Of a stretch of 64,000 nucleotides of DNA, positions 20,660-30,917 are shown one piece after another. Both the position numbers and the translations under genes were made by a program. The notes under the pieces were generated by a model. That model saw only the letters and a program-made list of their open reading frames with translations. It had not been told where the DNA came from and did not search any database. Location of the stretch: assembly GCA_965661285.1 (NCBI GenBank), contig CBFIDD010000002.1, forward strand, positions 288,001-352,000. The letters are read 5' to 3'. Position 1 is the stretch's first letter; every line of letters begins with the position of its first letter. The stretch is from Poseidonia sp. (lineage in GTDB: Archaea; Thermoplasmatota; Poseidoniia; Poseidoniales; Poseidoniaceae).

Positions 20660-21817
20660 ATGATTGGTCAATCCGACATCGAGGCAATCGTCGAAGAATA
20701 CGACCGGCTCAAGTTGCGCATCGGCATGACAGCCTCGCATTCGGCGCTGGATATCTGTGACGGTGCGATTGAGGAAGGCTTCCCCACCGTCGCCTACTGC
20801 AAGGAAGGAAGGCACAAAACCTACGCCAATTATTTCAAAACCCAACGAAGTTCATCAGGACGTGTTGTTCGTGGCATGGTTGACAAGGCCATTGTCCTCA
20901 ACGAATTCAACGATGTCCTCGCGCCTCAGATGCAAGAAGAAATGCGCAAGCGAAACGTCATCTACATCCCAAACCGCTCCTTTACCTCTTACTCCGCCAT
21001 CAGCGATATTGAGGATAACTTCCGTGTGCCCATGTTCGGTTCTCGAAACATGCTCCGAATGGAAGAGCGTACAGAAGAGCAAGATTACTATTGGATCCTC
21101 GAAAAAGCAGGATTGCCCTACCCCGAAAAAATCGATAACCCCGAGGACATTGATTGCTTGGTCATCGTCAAACTCCACCACGCCCAAAAGAAACTCGAGC
21201 GTGGCTTCTTCACCTGCGCATCCTACAAGGAATACCAGGAGAAATCCGCAGCGCTACTCGCCGAGGGCGTCATCGACCAAGCCTCACTTGACGGTGCTCG
21301 TATCGAGCGCTACGTCATCGGTCCCGTGTTCAACCTGAATTTCTTCTACAGTCCACTTGCCGAAGAGGGCGAGCGTCTAGAATTGCTTGGCGTCGACTGG
21401 CGATTTGAATCCTCACTGGACGGGCATGTTCGCCTCCCAGCACCGCAGCAAATGACCATGCCGATTCACCAGCAAATCCCCGAGATGACCGTGGTTGGCC
21501 ACAACACCGCTACCATCCGAGAATCCTTGCTTGAGAAGGCGTTTGAACTCGGCGAGAAATTCATCAAAGCCAGCAAGGAACACTACGACCCGGGCATCAT
21601 CGGTCCGTTCTGCCTCCAAACCTGCATTGACAAGGACATGAACTACTACATCTACGACGTCGCTCCTCGTCTCGGTGGCGGCACGAACGTGCACGTCAGC
21701 GTTGGCCACCCCTACGGCAACGCCACCTGGCGCAAACCCATGTCGAGCGGCCGTCGTATCGCCATGGAACTGCGTATGGCTGCAGAGCAAGACCGCCTGC
21801 TCGAAGTGTTGACGTGA
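20660..21817 (+). CDS. purP: 5-formaminoimidazole-4-carboxamide ribonucleotide synthetase (PurP family, ATP-grasp)
   Basis: SHSALDICDGAIEEGF, IPNRSF, FGSRNMLRMEER, GIIGPFCLQ and DVAPRLGGGTN motifs. Confidence 0.93.
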   Translation: MIGQSDIEAIVEEYDRLKLRIGMTASHSALDICDGAIEEGFPTVAYCKEGRHKTYANYFKTQRSSSGRVVRGMVDKAIVLNEFNDVLAPQMQEEMRKRNVIYIPNRSFTSYSAISDIEDNFRVPMFGSRNMLRMEERTEEQDYYWILEKAGLPYPEKIDNPEDIDCLVIVKLHHAQKKLERGFFTCASYKEYQEKSAALLAEGVIDQASLDGARIERYVIGPVFNLNFFYSPLAEEGERLELLGVDWRFESSLDGHVRLPAPQQMTMPIHQQIPEMTVVGHNTATIRESLLEKAFELGEKFIKASKEHYDPGIIGPFCLQTCIDKDMNYYIYDVAPRLGGGTNVHVSVGHPYGNATWRKPMSSGRRIAMELRMAAEQDRLLEVLT

Positions 21818-21829
21818 TCAGCTCACGAT

Positions 21830-23689
21830 TTATTCTTCAACATCGTAGAAGGCCTGGTCCGTAATCTCGTACCAGGGATTGACGCCGATATCGCTCGAGC
21901 CCTCATAGTAAGCGGTGGATTCCACGAAATAATAGGTCAGGTTGGCCTTCGCCCCCACACCGTTGATGCTCCAACCCTCGTGGTTATCCAAAGCGACAAC
22001 CGGCCAGGCATGGCCGCCCCATTCATCATCCTCGGTCGCCTTCACGCTGCCCAACATCAATGCGGCATCGTATCCAAGAGCCTCAACCAAACTGATGAAG
22101 AGTGCGCTGGAATCTTCACAATCCCCGCTCTGGTCGTACAGCATCTCCAAAGGGTATTTCGGATACTCGGAAAAGTTGGTGGAATCAATATCGTAAGCGT
22201 ATTGGATTTGTCCAACAAAGGCGTAGATATAGCGCAGGATACCGATGTCTGAGGTATAACCCTTAGAGATGGCATCTGCCAGGAGTTGGTCGGCCGTGGC
22301 CCGAATCGTCGCATCGTTGGGTGTTGAAAACGCTGCATACTGAGGGATGATGTCGGCATTGGAATAGGCGTACGTCCAATCGATGGCGTGGTTCATGTTT
22401 CGGTACATAAGATAGTCAGCGTGGGTGGTGTCAATTCGGATACTATGGTACTCGCCACTAAACTGCCAGTACATGTTGAACGAGGTCATCCCAAGATAGT
22501 CCAGCGGTTCGAGAGAAAACTCCAGTGACCCTGCGTCTCCATCACCGCTCCCGTTGGCCACGAAAGAGAGGTTCTGCTCAGAAGCAAGGCTGTCGTAGAT
22601 CACGGCATACCTGAGAACACCTTCATCAGGATGGATGTCAACATCGTCATCGATCAGAGGATCCCAGTCGTACACCGATAGTTCAATCCAGTGATATCGC
22701 AGGGATTCATCGAGGTTGATTGAAGCATTCACACCGACAAACTCCGGCTCTCCAACGGTGACGGTCAGCGCACCGTTTCCGTGATGACAAATGTCGCTTT
22801 GATTGTAAATGGAATAGCAAAAATACATGTCGCCACGGTCCGATAACCAATCAACAGCATCAAAGAGTGTAAAGCGCTCAAAACGTATCCTGACACCGAT
22901 GTCCTTCCCTAGGTGGAGGTCGTCCTCATCCAAGGTCCCGTCGTTATCGTCGTCCGGGTCGGCGTTGTCTCCCAATCCATCACCGTCTTCATCGGCCCAT
23001 TCAGCCCCGTTCCAAGGGAACACGTCGCTGTTATCCCCCCAACCGTCCCCGTCCGTGTCCAATTGTTCGGACGGGTCCTCGGGGAAAGCGTCGCCATTAT
23101 CGCCAACACCGTCCTCGTCCGTGTCCTGCCACTCGCTGGCATCCAAAGGAAAGACATCAAGGTCGTCTGAAACATTGTCGTTGTCGTCGTCGGTGTCCTC
23201 CATGACATCATGACAGCCATCAGCGTCGTTATCCGTTTCTGCGGTCGGCAGCCAATCCATGCCACCCGTTGGACAGGCATCGGTCTCGTCGAGAACCGTG
23301 TCGTTGTCGTCATCCTCGTCTTCCTCACCATCATGGCAGCCATCGCCGTCGTGGTCCAAGTCGGTGCTGGAGGTCCACTCAGTGAAGCCGTCATAGCAAT
23401 CGTCAACGCCGTTGGCAATGCCGTCCCCATCAATGTCGTTGGGGTCATAATCTGAGAAATTCCAAACGATGACGGCCACAAGAGAAGAGATGAGCAAAAC
23501 ACCAACCAGAACAACACCAACCATGAGACCGGGGGACACAAACGAAGCACGTTGGGCCGATGCGTGGGCGTGGACCTGCCCCTCCCCTTCATCGAGTGAC
23601 GCAGTCATCTCCGCTGGCGACGCCGACTCCTCTTCTTCAAGGCCAAGCAAATCTCGGGCTGCGCTCCAAAATTCGTCTTGCTGAGCCAT
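21830..23689 (-). CDS. Membrane-anchored thrombospondin-repeat protein with C-terminal transglutaminase-like domain
   Basis: TM helix, DxDxDG repeats, then GDCEDSSAL...GGHAW...FVEST (Cys-His-acid triad pattern). Confidence 0.8.
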   Translation of the reverse strand: MAQQDEFWSAARDLLGLEEEESASPAEMTASLDEGEGQVHAHASAQRASFVSPGLMVGVVLVGVLLISSLVAVIVWNFSDYDPNDIDGDGIANGVDDCYDGFTEWTSSTDLDHDGDGCHDGEEDEDDDNDTVLDETDACPTGGMDWLPTAETDNDADGCHDVMEDTDDDNDNVSDDLDVFPLDASEWQDTDEDGVGDNGDAFPEDPSEQLDTDGDGWGDNSDVFPWNGAEWADEDGDGLGDNADPDDDNDGTLDEDDLHLGKDIGVRIRFERFTLFDAVDWLSDRGDMYFCYSIYNQSDICHHGNGALTVTVGEPEFVGVNASINLDESLRYHWIELSVYDWDPLIDDDVDIHPDEGVLRYAVIYDSLASEQNLSFVANGSGDGDAGSLEFSLEPLDYLGMTSFNMYWQFSGEYHSIRIDTTHADYLMYRNMNHAIDWTYAYSNADIIPQYAAFSTPNDATIRATADQLLADAISKGYTSDIGILRYIYAFVGQIQYAYDIDSTNFSEYPKYPLEMLYDQSGDCEDSSALFISLVEALGYDAALMLGSVKATEDDEWGGHAWPVVALDNHEGWSINGVGAKANLTYYFVESTAYYEGSSDIGVNPWYEITDQAFYDVEE

Positions 23690-23744
23690 TGCTAGGGCGA
23701 TGAGGAGCGAGCAATATTACAGTTATGCCGACAATAAGGTCCAC

Positions 23745-26700
23745 TCAGCCTTGGTAGGCCACCCACTGGTTCGTCTGAGCGTCGTAGTAGGAGAGGTTGC
23801 CATTCTCATCTCTTGACCAGTGCACACCGTTCTCTTCCCATTGCTGAGGTGAAGAGGCGTCAAGGTTCGGGACATCCTTTGAAGCCCCTGCCATGTTGTG
23901 TTCCGTTACCGAATCCATGGCGTCCATGCCATCACCGAACGGACTGGTCGCCGCGAGTTCCGGCTTGCGGGTGTAGAAGTAACCGCCGCCACCGAGGAGG
24001 CCGACCAAAAGCAACGCGATGATGGCATACAAAACGCCGTTTCCAGATTCTTCAACAGCAGCTTGCGAACGAGTGGGGTCTTCCGGGAAGGCATCCCACC
24101 GGTCGGCGACACCGTCGTTGTCGGAATCAACGGATTCGTTGGCATCGAACTTGAAGGCGTCCTCGGCGTCGTTCACACCGTCGCCGTCGGAATCTCGCTG
24201 GGCCAGTGCACAACCTACGGCATCGATCAGTTCGCCCTCGGGGGTGTTGGGGCACTCGTCGACGTGGTTCTTGATGCCGTCTTCATCGTCATCCTTCTGT
24301 TGCTCCGAACATCCATCCATATCAACGCTCTGCGTCACCGGGGTATCGGGGCAAACATCCTTGTTGTCCATGATGTCGTCAAGGTCTGCATCTTTTTGTG
24401 ACGAAGAGCAGCCTGCAGCGTCGACCTGCTCACCGGTTGGGGTCACCGGGCAGGTATCGTCGGCATCCGAGATGCCGTCGCTGTCCGCGTCCCTCTGGTT
24501 GGTAGCGCAGCCGAGCATGTCAACATTCAATCCGTTTTCAGTACCGGGGCAATTATCGATGTCATCAGTAATTTCATCCCCGTCGCTGTCCTTCTGCGAA
24601 GGTGCACAGCCCTGAGCGTCAGCAGTTTCAGAATACGGCGTGTTATCGCACACATCGTAAGCATCCATCACGCCATCCTCATCCGTGTCTCGTTCAGATG
24701 CGGCACAGCCCACGCCGTTCACCGGTTCTCCTTCGGTTGTCGTGGGGCATTGGTCGCGGTCGTCCGTGATGGTATCGCCGTCCGTGTCAAGTTGGCTCGT
24801 AGCACATCCTGCTGCATCAACCACCGCACCCAGCGCCGTGTTGGGGCAGGCATCAAAGGCGTCCATCACACCGTCGTTATCGGCGTCTTCCTGGCTGCTT
24901 GAACAACCAACGCTGTCGACCGTTTCGCCCGCAGGCGTGTCCGGGCAGGCGTCATCGGCATCGCTCACACCGTCCATGTCGCCGTCAAGTTGAGAAAGCG
25001 AACAGCCGTTGCCATCCACCGCTTCGCCAACGGTTGTGTCGAGGCAGAGGTCGGGGTTGTTACCGTTGGGGTTATCTCCGTAGCCATCGCCGTCGGCGTC
25101 GCGCCACTGGGTCGCATCGTTGGGGAAGGCGTCAGCATTCAGTCCGGCTGCGTTGTCCCCGTAGCCATCGCCATCGGAATCGCTCCATTGCGTGGAATCG
25201 TTGGGGAAGGCATCAGGCGTGGTGCCTGCTTGGTTGTCGCCGTAACCATCGCCATCGGTGTCAGACCACTGGCTGGCATCGTTCGGGAAGGCGTCGGCGT
25301 TGTCGCCTTGCGGGTTGTCGCCATAACCGTCGCCGTCGCCGTCTTCCCATTGCGTACCGTCGGTGGGGAACGCATCGGGCGTGGTCCCGTTGGGATTGTC
25401 GCCGTAGCCATCACCGTCTGCGTCGGACCACTGGCTCGCATCGCTGGGGAACGCATCGCCATTGGTGCCTGTTGGGTTGTCGCCAAAGCCGTCGCCGTCG
25501 CTGTCTTTCCACTGGGTGCTGTCAGAGGGCCAGGCGTCCGGATTGTTGCCGCTGGCATTGTCGCCGTAGCCATCGCCATCCGTGTCGGACCACTGCGTGG
25601 GGTCGGTTGGGAACGCATCGGGATAGGAGCCGTTGGCATTGTCGCCGTAGCCGTCACCGTCGGCGTCGGACCATTGGGTGTTGTCTGTGGGGAAAGCATC
25701 CGCCATGTTTCCACTAGCGTTGTCTCCGTAGCCGTCGCCGTCCATGTCGGACCACTGTGTGCTGTCGGCGGGGAAGGCATCCACATCGTCGTTGTAGCCA
25801 TCACCATCGGTATCTTTCTGAGAGAGCGCACAGCCGTTCAGGTCCACGGTAGCACCGGTGGCGGTGTTTGGACAGGCATCGGATTCGTTGGGCACACCGT
25901 CGTTATCATCGTCCTGAACCAGCGTGAAGCAATCAGAATCCCCGATGAGCTGCACGGAGACATCAGAATAGAGGTCGATGTGAACACAATAGGTGCCAGA
26001 AGCGTTTGGTGTAGCGTAGGTGAAGGTCGGCATGCTCTGATTTTGCGCCGTGGCTGTAAACGAGGTCAACGTGGAGGTGGCAAGATTTGCCCCGGAAGCA
26101 TCAGTGACGCGATACTGGTACCGGTAACCGTCGCCAACCACGAGGTCCAAACCCTCAGCCTGCACGTTATTCGTGGCGGCTGTTGAACTGGATGAGAACG
26201 ATGCAAGTACCAAACTCGGGAGTTGCGGTATGAACTCGTAGAAATGGACACCGCTCATGTTGTCGTTATCACTCAAATTCACTGACGTGCCGTTCAGCGA
26301 GAGGTGAGCGAAGAACAGATGATCATTCATCGTCGTTGGTCCAGTCCAATTGATCTGGTAGGACATCGAAGACGTGGTGGGCATCAAGGACCACATATCG
26401 GAATCGATCATCGAGTGGTTAATGGCAGCATCAACATCACTTGAGACTGTGAAGTTGTTCAACCACTCGTCGTAATCCACAACCACCCACTTGACGACAT
26501 AATCTGCACCCACCGTCATGTTGGTCAGTTCAATATCTCCCGTGGTTGAGGACGTTGCTTCAATTTCGACCATTTCAATGTACAACTCGTCCGTGTCGGT
26601 GTTGAGGGGGATACCGCTGGCGTCGGAGAGCGTTGAGGAAACGAGGAAGGTCGATTCGTTGCTGGTGGCCATGGTCGTGATGTTGACGCTGTGCGTGGTT

Positions 26701-27830
26701 CCGTTCGCCGTGAACGTACCGTTGGCGGATGGACCCCAGTGTTCATCGCCGTCAACTTGGATTTGACCGTAGGTATGGTTGTAAGTGTAGCTCGTTCCGT
26801 TGGTCAATCCCGAGAAGTCCAACATGGCATGAGTCGTGTTGACAATGGAGACGTCAACGGACTCGAAGGTCTGTCCACCGCCAGGATTGTCCGTCGAAAT
26901 ATCAATGCTGTAGGTGTTGGTTGCTCCCGAATACCCGTACACATCAAGGTAGGTGGTTTGGTTGGTGAGCGCCGTGACTTGCATGGATTCTACATTTGAG
27001 GTGCTGGTGCTGCTGCTGAGGAAGCCACCCGTGGCGCTGTCCCATCCTGCATCGATGTCCCCACTCGTGTGGGTGAAGGTGATGTTTGCGTAGTAGGTCG
27101 TTCCGGCGATCATGTCGATCTCGAAGTAATCCACGTCCGTCGTCGTGTGAATCGAAAGGCCCGTACATGACAACGGGAGAAGCGTCGCCGAGGTGGCCGC
27201 GGTGGTGGCGTCGTTGGGCTCGAGGATATCTGATGTGAGGGTGTTTGCACCCGTACAGTTCACGACCGAAGTGCCGCCACCTCCGGTACCGTTTCCGCCG
27301 CCACCCGTGCCATTACTGACGGTGAACTTCGTGAGTGTGAGGTTCCATGTTCCCGCCCCGAGGTAGCGGTAGATGTTGATGTAGACCATTCCACCATGCG
27401 CGGTAGTACTCGAATTTGTGCTGTAGGTTTCGGGGTTGGACGACCACGATGAGCCCATGAGCCCGAGCTGGCTATCGTAGAAATACAAGTCAAAGTCGTT
27501 GGTGACGGTGGTCCCGTTGGAAAATGTGGTTGTTGACGGGAAAGACAGCGTCGCTGCCAAGCCTTGGTTGCTGTTGAGAGCCACCCGCAAGTAATCGCTA
27601 TCGTCGCCATAATCCAACTCCCCCGAACCGGTGTACGTTCCCGAGAAGATGTAATTGGTGATGTTCACGGTGGTGTTATCCGGCAGGTCACCACCCGAAT
27701 TCAGGTCATTTTGGTTCGGGCCAACGGCCGATACGCTGGGTGTTGCGCCAACGAGAAGAACGGACACCACCATCATCAGGCTGACAAGGGTGGACGTGGT
27801 TTTGGACGTCGTGTTGTTGGTAACGTGCAT
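23745..27830 (-). CDS. Large cell-surface protein with PPC-like domains and many thrombospondin type 3 repeats
   Basis: 1361 aa; signal peptide; EPND/DVDYF motifs; tandem DAFPxDxTQWSDxDGDGYGDN and DACPxT...GC repeats; TM helix; aromatic C-terminal tail. Confidence 0.85.
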   Translation of the reverse strand: MHVTNNTTSKTTSTLVSLMMVVSVLLVGATPSVSAVGPNQNDLNSGGDLPDNTTVNITNYIFSGTYTGSGELDYGDDSDYLRVALNSNQGLAATLSFPSTTTFSNGTTVTNDFDLYFYDSQLGLMGSSWSSNPETYSTNSSTTAHGGMVYINIYRYLGAGTWNLTLTKFTVSNGTGGGGNGTGGGGTSVVNCTGANTLTSDILEPNDATTAATSATLLPLSCTGLSIHTTTDVDYFEIDMIAGTTYYANITFTHTSGDIDAGWDSATGGFLSSSTSTSNVESMQVTALTNQTTYLDVYGYSGATNTYSIDISTDNPGGGQTFESVDVSIVNTTHAMLDFSGLTNGTSYTYNHTYGQIQVDGDEHWGPSANGTFTANGTTHSVNITTMATSNESTFLVSSTLSDASGIPLNTDTDELYIEMVEIEATSSTTGDIELTNMTVGADYVVKWVVVDYDEWLNNFTVSSDVDAAINHSMIDSDMWSLMPTTSSMSYQINWTGPTTMNDHLFFAHLSLNGTSVNLSDNDNMSGVHFYEFIPQLPSLVLASFSSSSTAATNNVQAEGLDLVVGDGYRYQYRVTDASGANLATSTLTSFTATAQNQSMPTFTYATPNASGTYCVHIDLYSDVSVQLIGDSDCFTLVQDDDNDGVPNESDACPNTATGATVDLNGCALSQKDTDGDGYNDDVDAFPADSTQWSDMDGDGYGDNASGNMADAFPTDNTQWSDADGDGYGDNANGSYPDAFPTDPTQWSDTDGDGYGDNASGNNPDAWPSDSTQWKDSDGDGFGDNPTGTNGDAFPSDASQWSDADGDGYGDNPNGTTPDAFPTDGTQWEDGDGDGYGDNPQGDNADAFPNDASQWSDTDGDGYGDNQAGTTPDAFPNDSTQWSDSDGDGYGDNAAGLNADAFPNDATQWRDADGDGYGDNPNGNNPDLCLDTTVGEAVDGNGCSLSQLDGDMDGVSDADDACPDTPAGETVDSVGCSSSQEDADNDGVMDAFDACPNTALGAVVDAAGCATSQLDTDGDTITDDRDQCPTTTEGEPVNGVGCAASERDTDEDGVMDAYDVCDNTPYSETADAQGCAPSQKDSDGDEITDDIDNCPGTENGLNVDMLGCATNQRDADSDGISDADDTCPVTPTGEQVDAAGCSSSQKDADLDDIMDNKDVCPDTPVTQSVDMDGCSEQQKDDDEDGIKNHVDECPNTPEGELIDAVGCALAQRDSDGDGVNDAEDAFKFDANESVDSDNDGVADRWDAFPEDPTRSQAAVEESGNGVLYAIIALLLVGLLGGGGYFYTRKPELAATSPFGDGMDAMDSVTEHNMAGASKDVPNLDASSPQQWEENGVHWSRDENGNLSYYDAQTNQWVAYQG

Positions 27831-27881
27831 GGAACTTCCACCGGCCGGAAGTATATCACGCCTGCGCCGGCAAAACGGCCC

Positions 27882-28121
27882 TCAAATAGCCGTTGGAGCG
27901 ACATGGCCGTCGCTCTTGTCGTCCGGTTGGCGAACACGCGACCAGACACCGCCCATCAATTCGTCATGATGGCCTTGGCAGTAGTGAAAGCGCCGGTAAG
28001 CCTCTCGAAAAGAGTAGGCCTTCTTCCCCGTCGCAACAAGATAACCTTCGGGCGAGAGACGGGAGACGATGGTCCCAACTTCTTGGCAACCTGGGAAGTC
28101 GCACACTGGTTCACCGTTCAT
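27882..28121 (-). CDS. Small hypothetical protein with possible zinc-binding motif
   Basis: 79 aa; CDFPGC...HYCQGH; preceded by the SD-like AGGTGAG. Confidence 0.55.
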   Translation of the reverse strand: MNGEPVCDFPGCQEVGTIVSRLSPEGYLVATGKKAYSFREAYRRFHYCQGHHDELMGGVWSRVRQPDDKSDGHVAPTAI

Positions 28122-28173
28122 GATCTCAACTCACCTTGATGCTACATTAACTCTTGCTCAACTGACCGAGTAC

Positions 28174-28581
28174 TCAGTCATCGTCCTCCGAAGCAGCGGG
28201 TTCGATGACGACCAACGGGACGTTCGCCTCAATCGCTTCACCTTCTGTACAGTGAACCGAAACGACGGTTCCTGAAACGGGTGCCTGAATCTCATTTTGC
28301 ATCTTCATTGCTTCAAGAATCAAGATGACCTGACCCTCGTTGACCTCTTGACCTTCCTCAACTTCAACCGTTACGACCTTGCCGGGGATGTTTGCAGAAA
28401 CCGTTCCCGATTTCTTCTTCTTTCGCCCTCCAGCCCTTCGGGGCTTGGCAGCGACGGTGACCTCCGGCATCTCGATGTCAAAGGTCTGGCCACCGACCGT
28501 TGCTTTCCACGTGGTGCCCTCGCCATCAAGTTCAACTTCGTATTCCGTCCCGTTCACGATGACTTTTCGTGTATCTGTCAT
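28174..28581 (-). CDS. Biotin carboxyl carrier protein
   Basis: LEAMKMQNEI biotinylation motif; N-terminal VIVNGTEYEVE. Confidence 0.95.
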   Translation of the reverse strand: MTDTRKVIVNGTEYEVELDGEGTTWKATVGGQTFDIEMPEVTVAAKPRRAGGRKKKKSGTVSANIPGKVVTVEVEEGQEVNEGQVILILEAMKMQNEIQAPVSGTVVSVHCTEGEAIEANVPLVVIEPAASEDDD

Positions 28582-28585
28582 GCGA

Positions 28586-28777
28586 TTACCTCCATGGGGA
28601 GCGCCCTGCGCGGGCGTTCATCAGCGATGTTTGTCCGGTCATTTGACGACGATGGTCCTGCGACCAAGCAGAACCGGGCTGGCGAGCGATTTGAGCCGGG
28701 TCATCACCGTCGCCTTGCGTGGCAGCAATGACTGCCGCGATGGCGGCCATCATCAATTCAGAGATTTCTTCAGCCAC
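28586..28777 (-). CDS. Small acyl-CoA carboxylase-associated subunit (epsilon-like)
   Basis: 63 aa lying between the carboxyltransferase and BCCP; AAIAAVIAA...SAW..R pattern. Confidence 0.6.
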   Translation of the reverse strand: MAEEISELMMAAIAAVIAATQGDGDDPAQIARQPGSAWSQDHRRQMTGQTSLMNARAGRSPWR

Positions 28778-28786
28778 TTTATCACC

Positions 28787-30343
28787 TCAAAGCGGAATAT
28801 TGCCGTGCTTTCGAGCAGGTCGGAGTTCTTCCTTGTCCATCAGCATCTCGAGCGCCCGGCTCAAACGCTGTCGTGTTTGGTTGGGCTCAATCACATCGTC
28901 AAGGTAGCCCAGCGCCGCCGCTTTGTACGGATTGGCAAAGGTCTCTTTGAAATCCTCCGTGAGCCGCTCGCGCTCTTGCTCAGGGTTTCGAGCGTGGGCG
29001 ATGCGCCGGCGGTGAATGATCTCAACCGCACCGTCAGCCCCCATCACGGCCAGCTCTGCTGAAGGCCATGCGACGTTGTAATCACCACGAATGTGCTTGC
29101 TCGACATGACATCGTAAGCACCGCCGTAGGCCTTGCGGAGGATCACGGTCAACTTCGGCACGGTGGCCTCGGCAAACGCATAGAGGAGTTTCGCGCCGTG
29201 GCGGATGATGCCACCCCATTCTTGGTTGGTTCCAGGAAGGAATCCTGGAACGTCCTCAAAGGTGAGGATCGGGATGTTGAAGGCATCACAGAACCGAACA
29301 AAACGAGCGGCCTTGTCGCTGGCGTCGATGTCCAAGCAACCGGCAAGAATCTTGGGTTGGTTGGCAACCACGCCGACCGTGTGGCCACCGAGGTGACCGA
29401 AGCCGACCACGATGTTTTGCGCCCACTCGGCTTGAACTTCCATGAAACCACCGTCGTCCAACACCTCGGTGATGACGTCGAGGACATCGTAGGGTTTGGC
29501 CGCGTCGTCGGGAATGATGTTGTCCAGCGCGTCGCAGGAACGGTCCTTGCTGTCCGAGGTCTTCTTCATCGGCGGTCGCTCAAGGTTGTTGGGCGGCAGC
29601 ATGTCGCAAAGGTCCCGGGCCATTTGGATGGCGTGTTCGTCATCGCTGGCGGTAAAGTGCGAGACGCCCGACTTTGACCCGTGGGTGGCTGCACCACCAA
29701 GGTCCTCGAAACTGACCACTTCGTTGGTGACCGTCTTGATGACCTCAGGACCGGTGATGAACATGTGGGCGGTTTGGTCGACCATGATGACGAAATCGGT
29801 GATGGCCGGTGAATAGACAGCACCGCCTGCACAGGGGCCCATGATGACCGAGATTTGTGGAACGACACCCGAGGCACGGACGTTGCGGAAGAAAATCTCG
29901 GCGTAGGAGCCAAGCGACGCCACGCCTTCTTGGATACGAGCGCCACCGGAATCATTCATGCCAATCACGGGACGACCGGTCTTGAGCGCCATGTCAAGAA
30001 CCTTGCAAATCTTGAGGCCGTGCATTTCACCAAGCGAGCCACCGTAGACGGTGAAATCTTGAGCGAAGGCGAAGACTTCCCTCCCGTTGATGGTGCCGTG
30101 GCCGGTGACCACACCGTCCCCGGGGATGACGTTCTTGTCCATGTCAAAATCACGGCATCGGTGTTCGACCAACGCATCAATCTCCTGGAAACTGCCATCA
30201 TCGAGCAACAATTCGAGGCGCTCACGAGCCGTCATCTTCCCTCGGTTGTGTTGGGCTTCAACACGGGCTTGACCGCCGCCAGCTTCGCTGCGAGCCTTGC
30301 GATTTCGTAGGTCCTTGAGTCGCTCTTCGGTGCCAGACATCAA
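28787..30343 (-). CDS. pccB: Propionyl-CoA carboxylase beta / methylmalonyl-CoA carboxyltransferase subunit
   Basis: [47 protein letters not shown] and KHGNIPL motifs. Confidence 0.95.
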   Translation of the reverse strand: MMSGTEERLKDLRNRKARSEAGGGQARVEAQHNRGKMTARERLELLLDDGSFQEIDALVEHRCRDFDMDKNVIPGDGVVTGHGTINGREVFAFAQDFTVYGGSLGEMHGLKICKVLDMALKTGRPVIGMNDSGGARIQEGVASLGSYAEIFFRNVRASGVVPQISVIMGPCAGGAVYSPAITDFVIMVDQTAHMFITGPEVIKTVTNEVVSFEDLGGAATHGSKSGVSHFTASDDEHAIQMARDLCDMLPPNNLERPPMKKTSDSKDRSCDALDNIIPDDAAKPYDVLDVITEVLDDGGFMEVQAEWAQNIVVGFGHLGGHTVGVVANQPKILAGCLDIDASDKAARFVRFCDAFNIPILTFEDVPGFLPGTNQEWGGIIRHGAKLLYAFAEATVPKLTVILRKAYGGAYDVMSSKHIRGDYNVAWPSAELAVMGADGAVEIIHRRRIAHARNPEQERERLTEDFKETFANPYKAAALGYLDDVIEPNQTRQRLSRALEMLMDKEELRPARKHGNIPL

Positions 30344-30456
30344 CTTCCCCGAGTCCTACTCGGCCCAAGCCGCCCTTATTGCTTGCTCTTCTGAAGAGAT
30401 GAATTGACAGGAATCATGAGGGTTGCGTTGATAGGGAAGCGACCTCTCCTCACATC

Positions 30457-30903
30457 ATGGACCAACCCCTCCGTATCGTGGTGGCCAAACCCGGCCTTGA
30501 CGGTCATGACCGAGGTGCCAAAGTGGTCGCCCGAGCCCTACGAGACGCCGGCCACGAGGTGATCTATACGGGACTGCGCCGCACATCACAGCAAATCGTT
30601 GACACCGTTCGCGACGAAGACGCACGCTTCCTCGGACTCTCCTCACTTTCGGGTGCACACGCCCATCTCTTCCCGCAGGTCTGCGAAAAACTGCGCGAGG
30701 CCGGTCTCGATGATGTCATCGTCTTCGGAGGTGGCATCATCCCACAGGAAGACCGCCCTGCGCTTCACGAAGTGGGCATCCGTGCTGTTTTCGGCCCGGG
30801 GACGCCAACGGCAGAAATTCTTGAATTCATCACCGAAGCATCCGGTCGAGACGACGCTGGTGTTGGCCAATCCAACGAATGGCATTGGGAATCCTCGGCT
30901 TGA
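30457..30903 (+). CDS. Methylmalonyl-CoA mutase, cobalamin-binding small subunit
   Basis: AKPGLDGHDRGAKV (DxHxxG), SSLSGAH and GGIIP. Confidence 0.95.
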   Translation: MDQPLRIVVAKPGLDGHDRGAKVVARALRDAGHEVIYTGLRRTSQQIVDTVRDEDARFLGLSSLSGAHAHLFPQVCEKLREAGLDDVIVFGGGIIPQEDRPALHEVGIRAVFGPGTPTAEILEFITEASGRDDAGVGQSNEWHWESSA

Positions 30904-30917
30904 CGGAGGTGCCACGG

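Noticed and set aside
24000-25920. Periodic repeats resembling a CRISPR or tandem array (also at 8140-8600, 22900-23450 and 62740-64000)
   Set aside because: They are in-frame, synonymously diverged codons of thrombospondin type 3 protein repeats; there are no constant repeats with unique spacers and no cas genes.
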